Positions 62,067 through 64,000 of a stretch of DNA of 64,000 bases are shown here, in pieces (the first letter of the stretch is position 1; every line of letters begins with the position of its first letter). The translations under genes and the position numbers were made by a program. Source of the stretch: a virus; the IMG/VR virus record IMGVR_UViG_3300031539_000002. One strand, written 5' to 3'. The notes beneath the pieces are model-generated. The model made no database searches. It saw only the letters and a list, made by a program, of their open reading frames with translations, and was not told the DNA's origin.

Positions 62067-62633
62067 GTGGATTTTTGGAAAGCCGGCAAAGAAGTCATGA
62101 GCATCGTGCAGAAGCTCATCGCAGATCACCATCCCCATCTCGCGCTCATCGAGAAGGACATCACCGTCGTCTTCAAGGACAAGGCTACGGAGAAGTGCGG
62201 TCTGATCATCCCGGGCAACACGAAGAAGGCGCCTCCGCTGATGCGTGTGCTGACGGACAAGAAGTTCGACTACAAGTTCATCATCGAGCTTGGAGCAGAT
62301 GCTTGGAACGAGCTCGACGACAAGCAACGTGTTGCGCTGCTCGACCATCACATGTGCGCGATGAAGGTCGAAGAGGACGAGAAGGGCGGCGGCGTCAAGT
62401 GCTCGATCCGACCCCCGGACTTCGTCGGCTACAAGGAAGAGGTCGAGCGTCACGGCATGTGGCGCCCGATGGACGACGAGACCCTCTCCATCATCGAGGA
62501 CATGTTCGGCAAGAAGGCCGACGAGCATTCAGCCGAAGTGCGCAAGCGAGTGGCAGATGAGGATGGCCTGAGCGGTGTCCTTGAGGCCCTCAACGATAAC
62601 GAGGAGGGGGATGACGACGACGATGCCGCCTAG
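62067..62633 (+). CDS. Putative phage metallopeptidase-like protein (degenerate site)
   Basis: FIIELGADAW…QRVALLDHHMC…PPDF…EVERHG. Confidence 0.65.
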   Translation: MDFWKAGKEVMSIVQKLIADHHPHLALIEKDITVVFKDKATEKCGLIIPGNTKKAPPLMRVLTDKKFDYKFIIELGADAWNELDDKQRVALLDHHMCAMKVEEDEKGGGVKCSIRPPDFVGYKEEVERHGMWRPMDDETLSIIEDMFGKKADEHSAEVRKRVADEDGLSGVLEALNDNEEGDDDDDAA

Positions 62634-62685
62634 CGCGCATCGTGAAACTCAGCGATCCCCCAGACTCGCGTAGAACAAGAGCCCC

Positions 62686-64000
62686 GTGAGTCTCGATACC
62701 AAGTACCGCCCTCTCCGCTACGCGGATGTCCTCGGCCAAGATGCGACCATCAAGGTCTGCAAGGAGTATGTGCGCAGTGGGCATGGCTTCCGGCAGTCCT
62801 ACGTCTTCGCAGGCGCTCACGGTGGAGGCAAGACGACGTGCGGCCGCATCCTTGCGCGAGCTCTGTTGTGTGCGGACCCCAAAGAGGGGGAGCCGTGCGA
62901 CGAGTGCCCGTCATGCTTGACGATGCTGGCCGACAAGTCCGAGAACTTCGTAGAGGTTGACGCCGCCACGAACTCAGGCAAGGACGATGTCCGTCGCATT
63001 ACGGAGGAGGCCCAGTTCGGGAGCTTCTCAGGCAAGCGGAAGGTCTACCTGTTCGACGAGTGCCATGAGCTGTCGCGTCAAGCCATGGACGCGATGCTCA
63101 AGCCCCTCGAGGACAATCTCCGGGGTACGCAGGACAAGCAGCTCGTCTGCATCTTCTGTACGACGGAGCCTGAGAAGATGCGGAGCGCTATCCTGTCCAG
63201 GTGCGCGCCCTTGTTCCGTATTCGTCAGAACACCCCTGACGAGATCGCCATCAGGCTCGCGTACATCTGCGAGCATGAGAAGATCGAGCACGACCCGGCA
63301 GTTCTCCCCCTCATCGCAGAAGTGGTGGAGTGCCATGTGCGCGATGCCATCAAAGCGGTCGAGGGGGTGTCGATGCTCGGGCTCGTCAGCCGGGAGAACG
63401 TCACGACGTATCTCCACATGGATGCGAACGCGCTCTATCTCGACGTGCTCGAAAAGATCGGGTTCGACCTGCCTGGCCTGATCCAGACGCTTGAGGAACT
63501 CGATCAGAAAGTTTCGCCAGCCACTTGTTACGAACGCATGGCCGACGTGTGCATGCTTGCGTATCGGCTTGCGAACTTCGGGGCTGCTGCGGTGCCGTCG
63601 TACTGGGAACGGGATCGACTCAAAGCGGCAGGAGATCTCCATCGGGAATTTCTGGTGACGTTTGCGAGGAGATTCGCGGAGCGCCCTGCGCACTCCTCCG
63701 CGGCCATGTTCGCCTGCGATGTTTCGACCCTTCACCAGGAGCGTGCGGGCATCGTTGTGGTCGCACAGCGCAGTGAGGTGGCCGTACCGACGGCCGTAGC
63801 CCCTCCAGCCGCGCCTGCGAGTCAGCCAGTCTCGGCTCCGGCATCCGAAGTTTCACGAAGGGATCCTCCTCCCGCCGCGGAGCCGCCTTCCGCGCCTATC
63901 GAACCATCACCGAGCCCGACGCAAGAAAAGGCGTCGGTAGTTGAAATTCAAACGCCGAGTCCGGGTAGGGTGCATGCGGACCCGGTCGTGACCAAGATGG
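62686..64000 (+). CDS. dnaX: DNA polymerase III gamma/tau clamp-loader subunit (runs off window end)
   Basis: GTG start, LDTKYRP…VLGQ, GAHGGGKTT, C…CDECPSC, EVDAA, LFDECHEL, LKPLE, ILSRC, Pro-rich linker. Confidence 0.92.
   Translation, partial: MSLDTKYRPLRYADVLGQDATIKVCKEYVRSGHGFRQSYVFAGAHGGGKTTCGRILARALLCADPKEGEPCDECPSCLTMLADKSENFVEVDAATNSGKDDVRRITEEAQFGSFSGKRKVYLFDECHELSRQAMDAMLKPLEDNLRGTQDKQLVCIFCTTEPEKMRSAILSRCAPLFRIRQNTPDEIAIRLAYICEHEKIEHDPAVLPLIAEVVECHVRDAIKAVEGVSMLGLVSRENVTTYLHMDANALYLDVLEKIGFDLPGLIQTLEELDQKVSPATCYERMADVCMLAYRLANFGAAAVPSYWERDRLKAAGDLHREFLVTFARRFAERPAHSSAAMFACDVSTLHQERAGIVVVAQRSEVAVPTAVAPPAAPASQPVSAPASEVSRRDPPPAAEPPSAPIEPSPSPTQEKASVVEIQTPSPGRVHADPVVTKM

Noticed and set aside
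1-64000. Stop-codon reassignment or programmed readthrough
   Set aside because: Conserved enzymes are full length in the standard code and end at TAG, TGA and TAA alike

Overview
GC-rich, gene-dense window that reads as part of a large (jumbo-type) phage genome. This is inferred from gene content, because no terminase, portal or clear major capsid gene lies in the window. Several genes hint at a myxobacterial host (also inference). Four blocks are visible. (1) 1.1-12.5 kb: a minus-strand operon encoding a complete deamidating NAD+ salvage route (PncA, PncB, NadD, NadE), NrtR, an ADP-ribosylglycohydrolase, a second Nudix hydrolase and an interleaved vWA/PP2C/kinase (TerY-P-like) triad. A palindromic NrtR-type operator sits on its promoter. 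(2) 12.9-23 kb: accessory genes, including a divergent CobS/CobT-like AAA+/vWA pair. (3) 23-38 kb: large charged proteins built from shared short modules (probably head-internal virion proteins), a C39-like peptidase, an HU with an inserted domain, two sigma-like genes and a recurring promoter-like motif. (4) 38.8-64 kb: a ~470-nt highly structured non-coding segment behind a near-consensus sigma70 promoter, then a plus-strand replication/recombination cluster (HolB/HolA/DnaX/DnaN, class II RNR, RecD2, SSB, RuvC, RecA, a split SbcC/Rad50, SbcD, ThyA, primase). The best candidates for undescribed biology are the self-regulated NAD+/ADP-ribose counter-defence operon, the structured RNA and the modular virion-protein family. 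All calls come from motif reading by eye; no searches or folding programs were run. I saw no tRNA, rRNA, CRISPR array or transposase.
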